Source of the DNA: the human T2T-CHM13v2.0 reference genome, Homo sapiens
Reading direction: 5' to 3' (one strand)
Assembly (NCBI RefSeq): GCF_009914755.1
Contig: NC_060933.1
Length of the DNA: 64,000 nucleotides
A program made the translations under genes and the position numbers. Positions 44,900 through 59,900 of the stretch are shown here, piece after piece. Position 1 is the first letter of the stretch. Each line of letters starts with the position of its first letter. A model generated the notes under the pieces. The model was not told the origin of the DNA and did no database searches. It saw only the letters and a program-made list of their open reading frames with translations.

Positions 44900-46527
44900 G
44901 TGACATTATAGAAAGATGTGCCTTTTCTTGTACCCTGGCTTTGGTAAAACTCTATAAATCCTAGTTCAAAAGCTGAGGTTTACCTACGAAAGAGTTTTCT
45001 TGCTTTCTGCCATCCTTGGAAAAGTGGGAAATGGTGTCATGTTGGAATTGGGCTGGACTTACTTCCAATCTCTCTTCTCCCTACCTTGGATCACTTTTCT
45101 GGTCCTCAGTTTCCTTATCAGTGAGGATGCCACCTACCTGTGGAACAGCCATTTATTTGAACAGATGCCATGCTTTCCGTATGTGGAAACTCCCTTCCTC
45201 TTTTATCAAAGCAGTTGGCTTCGCTAACCTACATTTGGCACACATTGGCTGATTGCCTGTTCTTTCCTGGACCCTAAGGTGTGATTTGTCTCTGCATTCC
45301 CTAGCACCTTTTACATAGGAGATTCTCAGCAATGTTTTCCTGCTGGATTGATATTCCCTCTCCAGAAAAAGTGGAGGCTATATGATGTTCTCCCAGAACA
45401 GAAGGTCACTTCAGGCATTTTCATGGCTATGCATTGAAGTGTGGCTGGCCCCAGGTTGGAGTTTTTAACTCTTGGCTCCTTGTTTAACCTCTTACCTCTG
45501 AGAACAGATTATTCACTGATGCCTTTAGTGGAGCCTCAAGAAGACTTTTTTTTTTTTTTTTCCTGTACACAGAGCTGTGGCTTCTCTGATTTTCTCTGCT
45601 TTCATTCAGAATCTCCCCTAGCTGTCTAGGAATACTAGTTAACTAAGGGCTTGGCTTTGGATGCCTGGCCAGGGCCATTGGGCAGAGACACAGACACCTG
45701 GCAGGCGGGTTTCCGAGAATTCATTGCAACAGCTGTGTGGCCTGATTGCTCCAAGCCTATTACTCATTTTGCATAATTGTTGACCTTTCTGTCTGCACTC
45801 TCCATGGAGAATTTCAAGCCATTTTCCAGAGCACAGATGAATATCTGAAATGCACAATAGCACAGGAGGCTGTCAGCATCAGCCTTACAATTCTTCTTTG
45901 TAGCAGAGGTGGGGGAGGAGAGTGAGGCCTAGTTAGGAGAGCAACTCTGGCTTGAGTCAGGCAGCTTCAGGTGATTAGACAAGGAAAACGCACTCATGTT
46001 GCCACTTGAAGATGTCTGCATCTTTTTATTGGTTCAGGTCTTGACAGTGACATCCCTTTGTGCATAAGTCACTGATGACCAGATGTACAAAGTCCTTTAA
46101 AATTGATAAAGGATTTTACCTTTCCAGTCACATCCCTCTGCCCTTAGCTCAGGAACCCATGTGCAAAACACAACAGACTCTCAGTGGTTTCCCAGAAGAG
46201 CCATGCCAGTTCCTGGACCTTTGCACAAGCTATTTACTTCTCTTAGAATGTCCCTTTCTCACCTGCTAACGTTTTTTGTTGGCGCTCATAGGCTGAATTA
46301 GTCGCTTCATCCTGTGTCTTCTGATAGTGCCTTCCACCTCATCCATATTACATTGTATCATATGCTTATACCTCTAGCTTGTCCTATTGGAGGGTCAGGG
46401 TCTGGAGAGTATTCATTATTCTATTTCTAATGCCTGGCACATAATAGGTACTCTGTAAATGCTTTAAAAATGAGTGAGAAAATAAATATGGAATGAATTC
46501 TTATTTTAGATGCTATAAACGTACACT

Positions 46528-47070
46528 ATGTTGTTTGGGACTCTTTATATTACAAGCGAAAGAAACACAAAGTGATTTAAGCAAAAAATAAACTTCTTGG
46601 ATTATGTAACTGAAAACTCTGGGGAAGGCTAGCTTTAGGAGTGGCTTGATTCAGGGTGCAAACAATGTAGACAACAGACATCTATCAGCTCACCATCGTC
46701 TGGGGGTGGCCTTTATCCGCAGTCTGGCTCCCGCTCATAGCATTGAGGTGGCTAAAGCAATGTGAGAAGTGAGATTTTTACTCCCTCAATCTGCTAAGGC
46801 CAGAGGAAAAGAGAGGGTTTCTTTTCTTCCAGAAGGTGCAGCAAAGGTCTCATTGAGTCTGACTGGGATACGTGCTAATCTAATAATCCCTGTGGCCAAG
46901 GGGCTAGCTATGCAAATTGACTCAGGTCAATCAGGATTTACCTTTGTCAATTTCTTTCAAAACAACATTGGCAGAATGTGAGGGAAAAGGTGAAATCCAC
47001 AAAAGGAAATCAAGGTACTATTGCTGCAGGAAGGGAATATGGATGCTGGCCAAGCAAACAACCTACTTTC
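46528..47070 (-). mobile_element. Old MLT1 LTR
   Basis: TTGGGACTCTTT...CAAGCGAAAGAAACAC...AGCTTTAGGAGTGGCTTGATTCAGGG, antisense MLT1K/L-like. Confidence 0.55.
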
Positions 47071-47984
47071 ACTCTCTGTGTCCAGTCCCACAGGCTTAAT
47101 GCAAGAGAAAAAATAAATAGACAAACAAAAACCTTTCAAAGGGTTTAGCAGCCATATTCAATTTTTGTGAACTAAGTCCAAACCCTAAAGCAAAATGTAC
47201 AGTCAAGTCCTTTGCTCTAGAGTTAAAATTTCCAGAAGGGCCTCCATTTAATAAATCACACAGTTGTGTGTTTTATTGTTAAATATTACTTTTTATTACA
47301 GTAGACATCAGATGTGTCATTCTTTCCTTTGGTCTAGGTGTATTTTCTCTTGCAGTAGTTCACAATTTTATGATTTGGGAAATTGTGGTAAGGTCCATGA
47401 GTAGAGAATTACAAGTTTCCAAACACAGATCTGTGCCTTAAATTGCTGACTGAGGTTTTCATCTTTTTCTTTTTCTGCAGCAAATATTGCCAATTGGGAG
47501 GGAAAATAAATCACAGGTAACATGAAGAAATTTTTATCTTTTTAGCGGTAGTATAAAAATTCCTTCCTAGGGAAAGATTGAAGATGTCAAAAGGAAGCAT
47601 TGGTAAGCGTACTCTAGGAGTACACGCAAACCCTAATGATACACAGGTCCCCAACAACCAGAAGAAGGAAACGAGTTTTAAAACATGGGTAGAAGAAAGA
47701 AGATGAGTCAAATTCAGTGCAAGAAGAGGAGACCTGAGAAAGGCGAGGAGAATTGGTCCAATGGGGATTTTATTTTTGCCTGGGAACAGAGTATACAACT
47801 AATGATGTAATATTCCTTCTCCATATATCTTTGGAAGTCTTTAGTGCAATCAGTATTGCCCCATAACACTTTGGTACAAAAAGATTTTAGGAATTCCAAG
47901 AAAAGTTGATGACTTCTTCATGGTTGATGCTGGGCAAAAAACAGAAGTTGCTATAAGGATCCTCCAATATCTAGCTTATGCATG

Positions 47985-48785
47985 CTATATTTTACCTCTT
48001 CTGAGATGTCAGAGATTTAAGATGCACTTTTAATTTACATATGCAGATGAAAAAAAGTTGTTGATGCAACTATGACAATGCTTTCTCATTACTTATAAAT
48101 ATTACATGATACCTATCAAGACCAACAGGTATGTTATACTTTACATATTATGTACAGTAATATGTATTAAACATAATACATAATATTATGTTTAATGCAA
48201 GAGGTCTTTTAGATTAACACATATGTTTTATCATTTATCACTCATATTATCTGAAAAAAAGAAAAATATAAATTGGTTTGTGAATTTCTAAGATTTCTTC
48301 ACGTTTAGAGGTAGGCTCTTTTGAATTACTTTGCAACAGGCTGTCAATGATTGCGTTATCCTCCAGAATGTGGCTGGCTGCCATCAAGTATTTTGTGTCA
48401 CAATGTTTCTTATGAGTGTACCACTATTGTCTCCAGGATTTTTTTCTAAACCCATTTTATGAGATTTGTTTCTGGTGCTCTCTTGATCTTACCAGAAATT
48501 GCCAATAGAAGTTACAACCAACTCTCCTATTCCTTCTTCTAATGGTCTTCAAATAATTTGTAACTAAAATGTTGAAAGCTTACAGCTGTCTTTTCTTATT
48601 CTCAAGCATAACAACCAAGCTACTACACACCAAGTTGTTGTTTAACCAAGTTTTTAGTCAATGACAACTATATGATGGCCACCTGGTCAACAGCAATTTT
48701 AAGGTGCATTTGTTGGAAAGCCTCCCAATTTAAGACATGCTAACTTGTTAAGAAATAAATGCAGTTATAAAATATCAGGGTTACA
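47985..48785. mobile_element. Kanga/MER104-like TcMar-Tc2 fossil
   Basis: ATATTTTACC...TAAGATGCAC at the left end and TTAAGGTGCAT...AATTTAAGACATGCTAA at the right end resemble Tc2-type subterminal repeats. Confidence 0.45.
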
Positions 48786-49055
48786 AAGGAACTTTAGGAT
48801 ACATTCACTGCAATCTACCATTTGCAGTTGAAATACTGGCGCCAGAGAGATTGATTTATTTCCTAAATTCATACAGATGCTTGTAGAGCATTGCGACTGC
48901 AACTCAGACTCTTTATCCGTCCTACTCTTTATCTCACATAATCTTGCTTTTATCCATAGGTTCTCATGTAAGTCAGCCATTTTTTGGTGTTTTTTTTTTG
49001 TTTTAAACATGGATTATGTTCTGTGGCAGGCAATAGAGTTTGGGGACAATTCTGA

Positions 49056-49478
<423 letters not shown>

Positions 49479-49508
49479 TTATAAAGTGTGAAATTATCTG
49501 TATTATTG

Positions 49509-49510
<2 letters not shown>

Positions 49511-49546
<36 letters not shown>
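49511..49546. repeat. (TC)18 microsatellite
   Basis: Direct reading. Confidence 0.95.
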
Positions 49547-49549
<3 letters not shown>

Positions 49550-51231
49550 GGTGTGTATGAAGATAAAGACGTTAAGTATAAGTTAGGTGTTGAAAGAGAG
49601 CCCAGAGAAAAATCATCTGTAAAAGTCAATGAGAATCATTTATCTGGGCAGGGACTCTTTATGAAAAGTTAAGGGCAGACAGGACCTCCTTCCCACACAG
49701 AGTTCAACACCTGGAACTCATTGTATCAGGTTCATAGGTCAGGACCATACCCAAAAGAGGGGATAAAAACTTGGAACAAGTTTTCTCAAGGTGAACTATT
49801 TCAACTTCAGAAATGTTTATTTTACAAGCCCAGTAAAACCGTTAGGACCTGCCCAGTAAACCTTAGAAGGATTGAGCATTGAGAATATGGGACTCGTTTC
49901 TTCAGCAAGGGTAACTAAAGACATAGAGAAGTTCTTTGTTCTTTCCCTAATTGTTTTACTGTTTTCCAGATAGCTAGAAGAAAGGGAGGAAAAAAATAAA
50001 ATTCATTTTATAGAAGTCACGTCTGCCTTTGAGTTACATTAATCCTTAATAACACAGGGACAAAATTATCTCTTGGTTTAAAAACAAAAACACACTTGTA
50101 TCTTTAATAAAAGTTTTAGAATTCAAATTAAATTCAGTGGGCTTTCTGACTCTACCAGAGTATTTTGAAAAATCTCTCCACTGTATGAATAACTGTAACA
50201 TCTTTTCATCCACTCATAACTTAATTCGTCTGCAGGTTTAAAAAGTCAATTTTTGAATCCAGAGTGCAGACCATGCCATCCTTTTCTTTGTCTATTACTA
50301 ATGATGGGTTTTTACTTTGCCCGTGGAGAGAAAATACTGGCCAGGAGACAGGTGAGTTTGGTTCTTCTTGGATTCACTGTTCATTTGTTTGCTTCATTTT
50401 CTTTCAATGCCTTCAAGATGTCCCAGCTTTAGTTAGCTTTGCACAGAGCTCTGGGCTTAGAAAACAGCCTTCCCTTGGCTATACCTCCAGGTGGGTGATG
50501 AAGGCTGCTTCTGCCTTTGGATTTGGGAGACTGGGCTTAAATCTCTTCACAGACCAGTTAAGTCACTTCAAAAGAGAACTACTCTGGCAGGCTTATTCAT
50601 GTTCACAATAAAGAGATTTCATTTCATTAAACTCAAGACTTGACTTTCTCTCAGCAAGGTCGAGGAAAATGTTACTTGCAGCACTATTCCTTGACTTCAC
50701 CAATGTCACCAATGTTTGATTTATGGCAGCTGTGCCTTTGTGAACCTCGAAAGGGCTTTGCTGAGGAATTCCTGCTTCTTCTGAAATTAAGGGGTGCAGA
50801 CAAAGAGCTGGCTGACTGAGTGAGAAATGGAAACCTCTATCCATCATTCGAATAGTGACTGGGACTTCTGGGCCAAGGGAGGCTGCTTTTTTAAAAGACC
50901 AAGGAGATTTTTATAACTGTGGTCTCTTCGGCGTGTGTGTTTATATGTGCACACATGTGCATATTGTAATGGTGTCTAAGTCTGAAGCCTGAGTTTAAAA
51001 AAATATTAATAAGCTGGTTCTGAATTCTAACTCTAACTGGTCAAGAGAGAAATGAGAACAGTTGTGGGATATAGTATATTGTTCCAGGGACTTTGGATCC
51101 CAAATTGCAAGCCTATAATATACCTTTGAGGAACATGCCATTGAGGTTCCTGAGAAGTTGAGCTGTATTTTGGCCAAGGACCATGCCTGTATTTAGCATT
51201 TCCAAATTCCAGAAATAAATACATAGGTATA

Positions 51232-51530
<299 letters not shown>

Positions 51531-51692
51531 CCAGAAAGATACTAATCTTTGGAAATGAGAAATTGCAATTCTTTGGCATTTTCAGGGATGCCCCACATCA
51601 TAAGTTATTTAAAAAATATATCCAACATTCTTTATACTCTTTACTTATTGTTAAAAGATATGTAATGGACAGCTTAAAAAATAAGTAATATT

Positions 51693-52077
<385 letters not shown>

Positions 52078-52475
52078 TCAAATAATATAATGTTTGTATC
52101 TCTCAGCAAGGTAAATAGTGTTACAGAGAATCAGGTATCAGAATTGCCGATTAAGAACTTATTTTTCTTTGAAAATTTATTTCTCTAAAAACCACTCATA
52201 GTAGTCATATAATACTCTTCATATAAACTTGTTAATCTTTATTTTAATGTGAGCATGACTCACCATTAGCAGCTAGATCGGCTGCACATACATCCCAACA
52301 ACATGGTCAATAGCTACATGCAAGACCAACAGATTGGAACTTGACCTCTTCTCTCCTGTGCATTTCTCTTCTGGTTCCTACAAATGCTGACATTGGCTTT
52401 TGATATCATGTGTGAGAATTTCCTGGTTTTGTTTTCCACCTGAAGTTAGTGGGTTCCTTAGAGCCAATAATGTCT

Positions 52476-53931
52476 AACTTCTTTAATCCCATTACTCGTT
52501 ATTGGTCTGTTCAAGTTTCCTATTTCTTCATGTTTCAATCTTGGTAGATTGGGTGTGTCCAGGAATTTGTTCATTTCTTCTAGGTTTTCTAATTTGTTGA
52601 TGTATAGTTGTTCCTAGTAGTCCCTAATGATTCTTTGTATTTTTATGGTGTCAGTTTTAATGTTTCCTTTTTTGTGTCTATTTATTTGGGTCTCTTTTCT
52701 TCTTTTCTTAGTCTAGCTAAAGATTTTCTTAGTCTAGCTAAACCAACTTTTTGTTTTGTTGTTCCAATTTTTTTTCATCTCAATTGAGTTCATTTCTGCT
52801 CTGCTTTTTATTATTTCTTTCCTTGTTCTAATTTTGGGTTTGGTTTGCTCTTGCTTTCCTAGTTCCTTGAGGTGTATCATTAGGTTGTTTGTTTGGGGTG
52901 TTTATTTATTTTATGTAAGTGTTTATTGCTATAAACTTCCATCTTAGTACTGCTTGTATTTATCCCATAGGTTCTGGTATGTTGTGTTTCCATTTTTACT
53001 TGTTTTAACAAATTTTTAGATTTTCTTCCTAATTTCTTCACTGACCCATTGTTTGTTCAGAAGCACGTTGTTTAATTTTCCTCCTGTTATTAATTTCTGG
53101 TTTTATTCCATTTTAATAAAAAAGTTTGATATAATTTCTACTTTTTTGAATTTGTGAGACTTGTTTTGTGACCTAACATATGGCCTATGTGGAGAATGTT
53201 CTGTGTACTAATGAGAGAAATGTGTATTCTGCGGCAGTTGAATGAAATTTTCTGTAAATGTTTGTTAGTTCCATTTGATGTAGAGTATAGTTTAACTACA
53301 ATGTTTCTTCCTTGATTTTTTTACCTGGATGATCTGTCTATTGCCAAAAGTACAGTGTTGAAGTTCTCTACTATTAATGTTTTCCATCATATTTCTCTCT
53401 TTAGACCTATTAATATTTGTTTTGTATATTCGAGTGCTCTGGTATTGGGTGCATATATATATTTATTATTGTTACATCTTATTGTGGAATTGACCCGTTT
53501 ATTACTATACAGTTACCTTCTTTGTCTTTGTATAGTTCTGACTTAACATCTATTTTATCTAAGTATAGCTGCTCCTGATCTTTTCTGATGTCCATTTTTG
53601 TGGAATAACTTTTTCCATTTCTTCACTTTTAATCTATGTATGTGTTTATAGGTGAAGGCAGCATATAGTTGAGTCTTGTTTTTTAATTCAGCTACTCTAT
53701 GTCTTTTAATTGAAGAATTTAGTCCATTTACATTCAATGTTATTATTGATAGGTAAGGCCTTACTATTGCCATTTTGTTTCTTGTTTACTAGTTGTTTAA
53801 CTCTTCTCTTCCTTTCTTACTGCCTTCCTTTGTGGCTGAGTGATTTTCTCTAGTAGTGTGTTTTAATTCACTGCTTTTTATTTTTAGCATATCTATTAAA
53901 GGTTTTTGCTTTGTGGTTACCATGAGGCTTA
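52476..53931 (-). mobile_element. Internal L1 fragment (inter-ORF region plus ORF2 endonuclease domain), TSD-flanked
   Basis: ORF 53773-53555 MAIVRPYLSIITLNVNGLNSSIKRHRVAE is the L1 ORF2 EN N-terminus; TSD TAGAGCCA(A/G)TAATGTCT at 52459-52475 and 53932-53948. Confidence 0.88.
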
Positions 53932-56900
53932 TAGAGCCAGTAATGTCTTCATATTAATTGTTAAACTTTAATTCTCACCGGAGGATTATGCTTTCTCCCA
54001 TTTTCCCAGTCTCTAAACTAATTTTCCTTGAGGTTTCAGATTTAGAAAAGCATAAATTTCCCCTAAAATTCTGGAAAGGAGTTATTGCATGGACACACTG
54101 CCTGGGTTATACCTGATTTTTTTCACTATGCCAAGAGCAGAACTTTGTATAGTCAGCTCTTTAATGTGTGTCACATTAGGTGTTCTAAAAATCGGTGTGC
54201 TGATCAAAATCACACAAGAAAAACCATAGGGCTTGTGCAGAAAAATGGGGTTAGAAGTAAAACAATTAAGAGCTTTATCAGTGACACATAAAAAACAGAG
54301 AATAATGAATAAAAATTGTAGCACAGTTTTATACACAGTTAAACAGTAGAGACATAGACAAATAAAAAAATAAATAGGGCACTTTGTCTTGAAAATGATA
54401 TGAGGTTTGCCTATGACAGTGGGCATCAGAAGGTGGATGCTTGTGAATAACTGAAAAGCTGGAAGGAGGGTCAGCTGAAATCAGATGGGAAATTGGAATA
54501 CCAGATGTCGATGGGTGTGGCTCATAACAGAAGCAGTGAACTGAGGTAGCTGATTGCTATTGAGATGTGCATGTGTGCCTGTGTGTGTGTGTTTTGTGTA
54601 TTCCTTTGCTGTGTTTAGCTAGGTTCAGTTTTCACATTGGAACACAGTCCTGTTTTCAAAACAAGTATTCTAGAGGAATTGATTATATGGGTAGAGTTAA
54701 TCAAAGCTGCCAAACAAAAGAATGGCTTTTTCGGGTTCTTCTCCACTTTCTCCCAATCTTTGCTTTAGTCAGTTAGAGATGCATTCTCTCAGTGGAGATA
54801 TTTATACTGCGGATGCCTCATTGGATTGTGTGTGTGCTGATATTATGCCCTTTATTTCTTTTTTTCCTCCTTCTTCCTCAGTCTACAATGTCAGAGATAC
54901 TCCAGTGACCCAAAAGAAGGTGTACATGTAACAAAAGGAGATGACCGCCCATGGGTATAATTTGAGGAAAGCCAAACATCCTGCTTATTTAAGAATAGCA
55001 GTCCTGCTAGCCATCCACAGTAGCCTGAGTCACCACTATTGGGAAACAAGGGACTGTATTTTTTTGTTAAAAGAGATGTGTGACACTGGAATTGGGTACA
55101 TCAGTACTGCCCATAACACTTTCTAGAAATATCTACCGTAGTGTATTTAGCAGTGGCAGCAGACCTTAATGACTAAGATAAGGAATGGTAAATGTTCCTC
55201 TTTTTCTGTTTTTATAGTATACTCTATATTTTATTGGCTATAAAAATAACATATATCCAAAAGGTAACATTTTAGAAGGGACAAAATAGAATCATATCCA
55301 TTCCATCTGAAAATGTTTTCACACATTTCCTTCCAGTCTAGGAGTAGTAGGTTTAGGTGGTAGAAGAGAAGAAGATGGAGCTGGTTGTGTTGTAACATTC
55401 CTTGCTGGTGTCTTTACTCTAGTATTGTCTTCACTCATGAATCTAATGTAAAGGCTAAATGACAGCTTGGGACAGCTAAACACACGGCAACTTCAAAATG
55501 ACTCCTCCTACTCTCTTGGCTGGTCTTCCTAGGAGAGCTTCACTGCCCATGATGACCCAAACTTTTCAACCAGGCATCGGCCTCAACTGGCTTTGAACAT
55601 ACTATTGTTTTAGCAACTAAACTCCTGGATTATCTTCTTGGCTCTTAAATTCTGCTTGTGCATTGTACTCAGCTAGTTGTTGAATTTCCCTCTTGGCTTT
55701 AGGGACATGGCTTATACCAGCTTCCTGGCTTGTGGATTTAGTGTATGTGTAGACTTGGTTTTGGATCATGCCTTTGACCTGGGTGAGCTATCCGGCACCA
55801 CAACCACACTTATGAGCTACTTGATTGACTAGGCATGCCCAACATCCAGTCCCACTGTGAAGGGAGCAAGATTAGCTAATGGAATCCAGTTACCAGGGAG
55901 AATATGCCTGCCTTGTGTACCGTAGCAAAGGTCCCTGAGCCACCCTCCAGATGACTTACACAGCCTCGTAAGATTGTCACTACAGGGCTACTGACCTTCA
56001 GCATTCCATGAAGACTTCTTCAGCTTCTGAATTTCATCTTAGCATCTTGGCTCACAATAGGAAAATATAGGGCAAATTTTTTTATTTTGCTGTTTGGTGA
56101 CTCCACCACTTTTGCAACAGTACTTTTGGTGCCCATTAACCAAATTACTTTGATTTCTTTGTGTAAATATTATGAAGACCAGAACCTTTTGAGAGACCTG
56201 AGCCACAGAACACCTCCAAAGACGGACCAAATCAACTGGGAGCTCTGCTGATTCCTCTGCCATCTCAGCAGCCTCCTAGTCCCTAGATAGTGGCTGCCAC
56301 TCTTTCCCCATCATTGTGTCTTGTCTATAAGCCATGTCTAGACAAGGCTGAGATAGACAGAGCTTTGCCTACTATGTCAGAGTTTAGTTCAAATGGGAGG
56401 ATGCTGGGGGTATTTTATCATCCAAACTTGGTGAAAACATTGTAGAGTGCTGTGGTAAGTAGGCCACAATGGAAATAATGGTAATGGTGTTTATGAAGTC
56501 TTGTGTTAGTTTACAGCTTTACAGAATACAAAATGCATTCACTTTGATGATTGATTTTATGACTGCCAAACCTCTGTACAGTAGGCAAAAAGGGATATGA
56601 TGCTTAGAGAGGTTAGGTGATTTGCCAGAGGTTGCACAGCTCAGGGGAGGGATCGATCCAGGATTCTGAGTCAGGTCTTTCGATTCCTAGTGCAGGACAC
56701 ATTCTAATTTATCATCACTGTATATTGCCATAGGCTACCTAATCAGCCCTTAATGTCAGGTCAAAATCATAAACTGAGGACCAAGGCAATATTTCTTTTA
56801 AATTAAACACTCTAATACAGCACAGAGAATCCTGTGGGGTCTACATAATTATTTATAAACTGGCTTATTCTTTTGTTTTTAAAAATCTCGTTTTTTTCCT

Positions 56901-59900
56901 AAGACAGATTTTTAGAAGTAGAAGGAATTATAGAGATGTAGCTTCGTCAACCCATGTTGTAGATGAAAAAATTGAGGCTCAAGAAATTTGAATCATCCAG
57001 TAAATGGAAAGGCTGGTGAACTAACTCATTTTCTGAATTCCAGTCTGGCACTTTCTCTCACCTTAATCTGTCGAGGAGACAGCAACCATCATCACTGCTT
57101 CATCTTCTCCTGCCTCCTCTACTCTGTCCATGCCACAGGCTTTAGTGTCATCTTAAAGTACCCGACATCTCTCCAGGGCTGCTTCCTGGATTTATGCCCT
57201 AGACAAGCCTAGACATTTGGATGAAAGCCAAGTAGGTGGTAAGTAACATTCTCATTTTGGATGTGCCTTGGCTTCACCTGACAGCAAAGCCATGAGTTGG
57301 CAGCAAATGGAGGCATCCTGTGGAGCTGAGTAAAGCCCGGGTCTCTGCAGCAGAGAAGGGAGGGCTTGCACACTGGCCCCAGGCAGTTTCTAAGTGTGCA
57401 TCATTCCATTCCTGTCTCTCTGGCCTGCTTCTTTGGACTAAAGTGGGTTATGGAGCTCTGGATTCTTTGGAACCAGAAATTATCAGAGAATGAAAGAGCA
57501 TGGAGAGGCCTTGCCATCTTTATTACCTCTCTTCATCTCCTTCAGACAGTGCAGCACTTAAACTTTTAGGAAACTTCAGAATCAGCAAAGAAATAGCAAT
57601 TGCCAATAGTACAATAGTTGATACCATTCATTGAGCAGGTAGGTGTATTGGCTTACTTACGTTGTCTAACTTAATTCTCCTAGAAACCTCTTCTTTTCTC
57701 AGGTGAGGCAACTAAAATTCAGCGAGGTAAGGTACTAGCTTAAGCCTTCATTCCTTGTGAACGTCCATGTTGTCAAGATTTGTGCTGAAGCTCTACCACT
57801 CCAAGTTCTGTTTTCTTGCCACTACAGAGGGTAGTGCATAGCAGCATTGAAATTGGCAGCAGTGACTTTCTAGGTGCCCCGATGCACCTAGGGTAGAGGA
57901 GTAGCTACCTGGAGTAAGGCTGGAAAATGTGGGGTGGGATACAGAGGTGCAGATTTAAAGACTGTCATTCTCCTTCAGACTGAATTATTCTTCATCAAAG
58001 ATGTTAGGCCTTTCTTTTTGGTCTATCCTAGGGCTGTTTTATGCAAGCAAGGGAACTTCCTTAGGGTACTGTAGGCATGGTTTTTTTCCTCCCACAGTCT
58101 ACAGGGTGAGTTGCCTTGTACAAAATATACATTTTGTAGATTCTCCCAGGAGGGTAATCGTAGTTTATAATATTTTGATGGTGTCTTTACAGTTGTCTTT
58201 TCTGCAACAGCAGTTTCCCCTTATCCCAGGACCAAGCTCTTCTCCATCTCTTGTTCTCAGTGATCATGTCCTCAATGTGAGTTGAGACAGGTTCTCCACA
58301 CTAACACATGCACATGCATTCATGATGCCATAATGATGTCTCTGATTATCAAGCAATGGCATTCAAAGGGTTCAGCCAAAATGCCTGCACACAAAATGAC
58401 CTGCTCTGATGGCACATGCCTCACAGCAATAGGAAGGATCTTTGACAACCTGCATTGCTTGAGCAGTGGGGTGAGGTGAAAAAGGGCACATTTACTGTAT
58501 AACTTTGGGCACGTTTTTTTTAACCCATATGAATTCCAAATAAAATATGGGTAACATGTATCACTAACTTCAGAGTTGTTAAAAGGACTAAATGAGCAAT
58601 GTATAGAAAGCTGGTATAAGTCAGTTTGCACATACTAGTTAACCGATAAACACAGTTCCCTTCTTATTCTCTTCTTCTCCTTGATTCTTAAGGCCCTAAA
58701 AGGACAGTAATTTTAGGAGATTCTAACACATTCAGGAAAAGTCTTGGGCTGACTAAGTAGGCATAACATAGGCTTGATGGTCCTGCAGTCCATCCTCTTC
58801 CTGCTATCCTCAAGAGATCCAGACCCATTGGGAAATCCTCTGAGCAGCCTTTGGGTTCTCACACTCCTGCCTTGAGCTGTGCCTGTTCCTCCATTGAATG
58901 TGGAGGACTTCTTTTCCACAGGGACTCACAGATGCAGGAAGGTGGAAGGCCACCAATAGCTCTGCCCCACCGTTCCCCATAGTTCCTCCCCTTCCTCCCC
59001 TTCCTCCCTGACCATCATGGGAACAGGGAAGCTAGGACTGCTAAGACTGCTTTCTTTCAGATGAGGTCAGACATCCAAGGGGGAGGAGTGGGAGGCAGAG
59101 CATCACTGATATCATCTGCAAATAATATTTATGGAGGCCCTGTAAGACCCTGATGTGAAGTAGAATTATGAGGAAGGAAAAAAGAGAAGGCCTATCTCTA
59201 TGCCCCAGGAGTGCACCTTCCCAGACTGACAATGTACAGGCATGGACTTGACATAACACTCCCCCTCCCACCTTATGCTCACATTCATCTCTACTTAGTA
59301 TCTGATCAGCCGCTCAGATCTGCTTTCTCATCACCTGTTCCCTTGGAAATGGGAAACACTTTAGTCTGTGGGGAAGATGGAGCACGCAGAGGGGAAGCAG
59401 TCACTCCACTTAATGTGGTGAAGTTTGGAGCAGCACTGAGGAGCATTTCAGCATTTTAGCAAATGTGTATTGAGTGCTAAGATGTGCCAGAATGTTTCTC
59501 TCATGATTTTATCTAATTCTGACAACTTTGTTAGATAGAGCATGTTTGCCTCAAGTTCTGAATTTCGAAGGTGAGATTAGGTTATGTGAAGGGAGTTGTC
59601 CAGGGTTGTACCATCTGTCAGTGTCATCCAGTGCTGGTAGCCAAACTCAGCTCTAATACTCCATTCCTCTACCCAGAACTTCATGGCTTTCACTGGAGAG
59701 GCTGCTCTGGAATCTCCAGGAAAAAGAATTGCTGCCATTTTCATTCAATTGTGTGTTTGAAATTGAACTTGCGTTCATGGGGCCTGTAGACCTCAAGGAG
59801 CCTGTTGTAATGGGGTCATCTGTTGTTTTCCTGGTGAAGATTTCTGCGTCTGGAACATCCTAATGAACATTTCTCTTTGTTACTTGGTGGGTCCTTCTTA

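Noticed and set aside
56060-56192. Possible small RNA pseudogene or minus-strand mRNA 3' end (TTTATT near 56082)
   Set aside because: No match I can recognise, and no TSD or tail.
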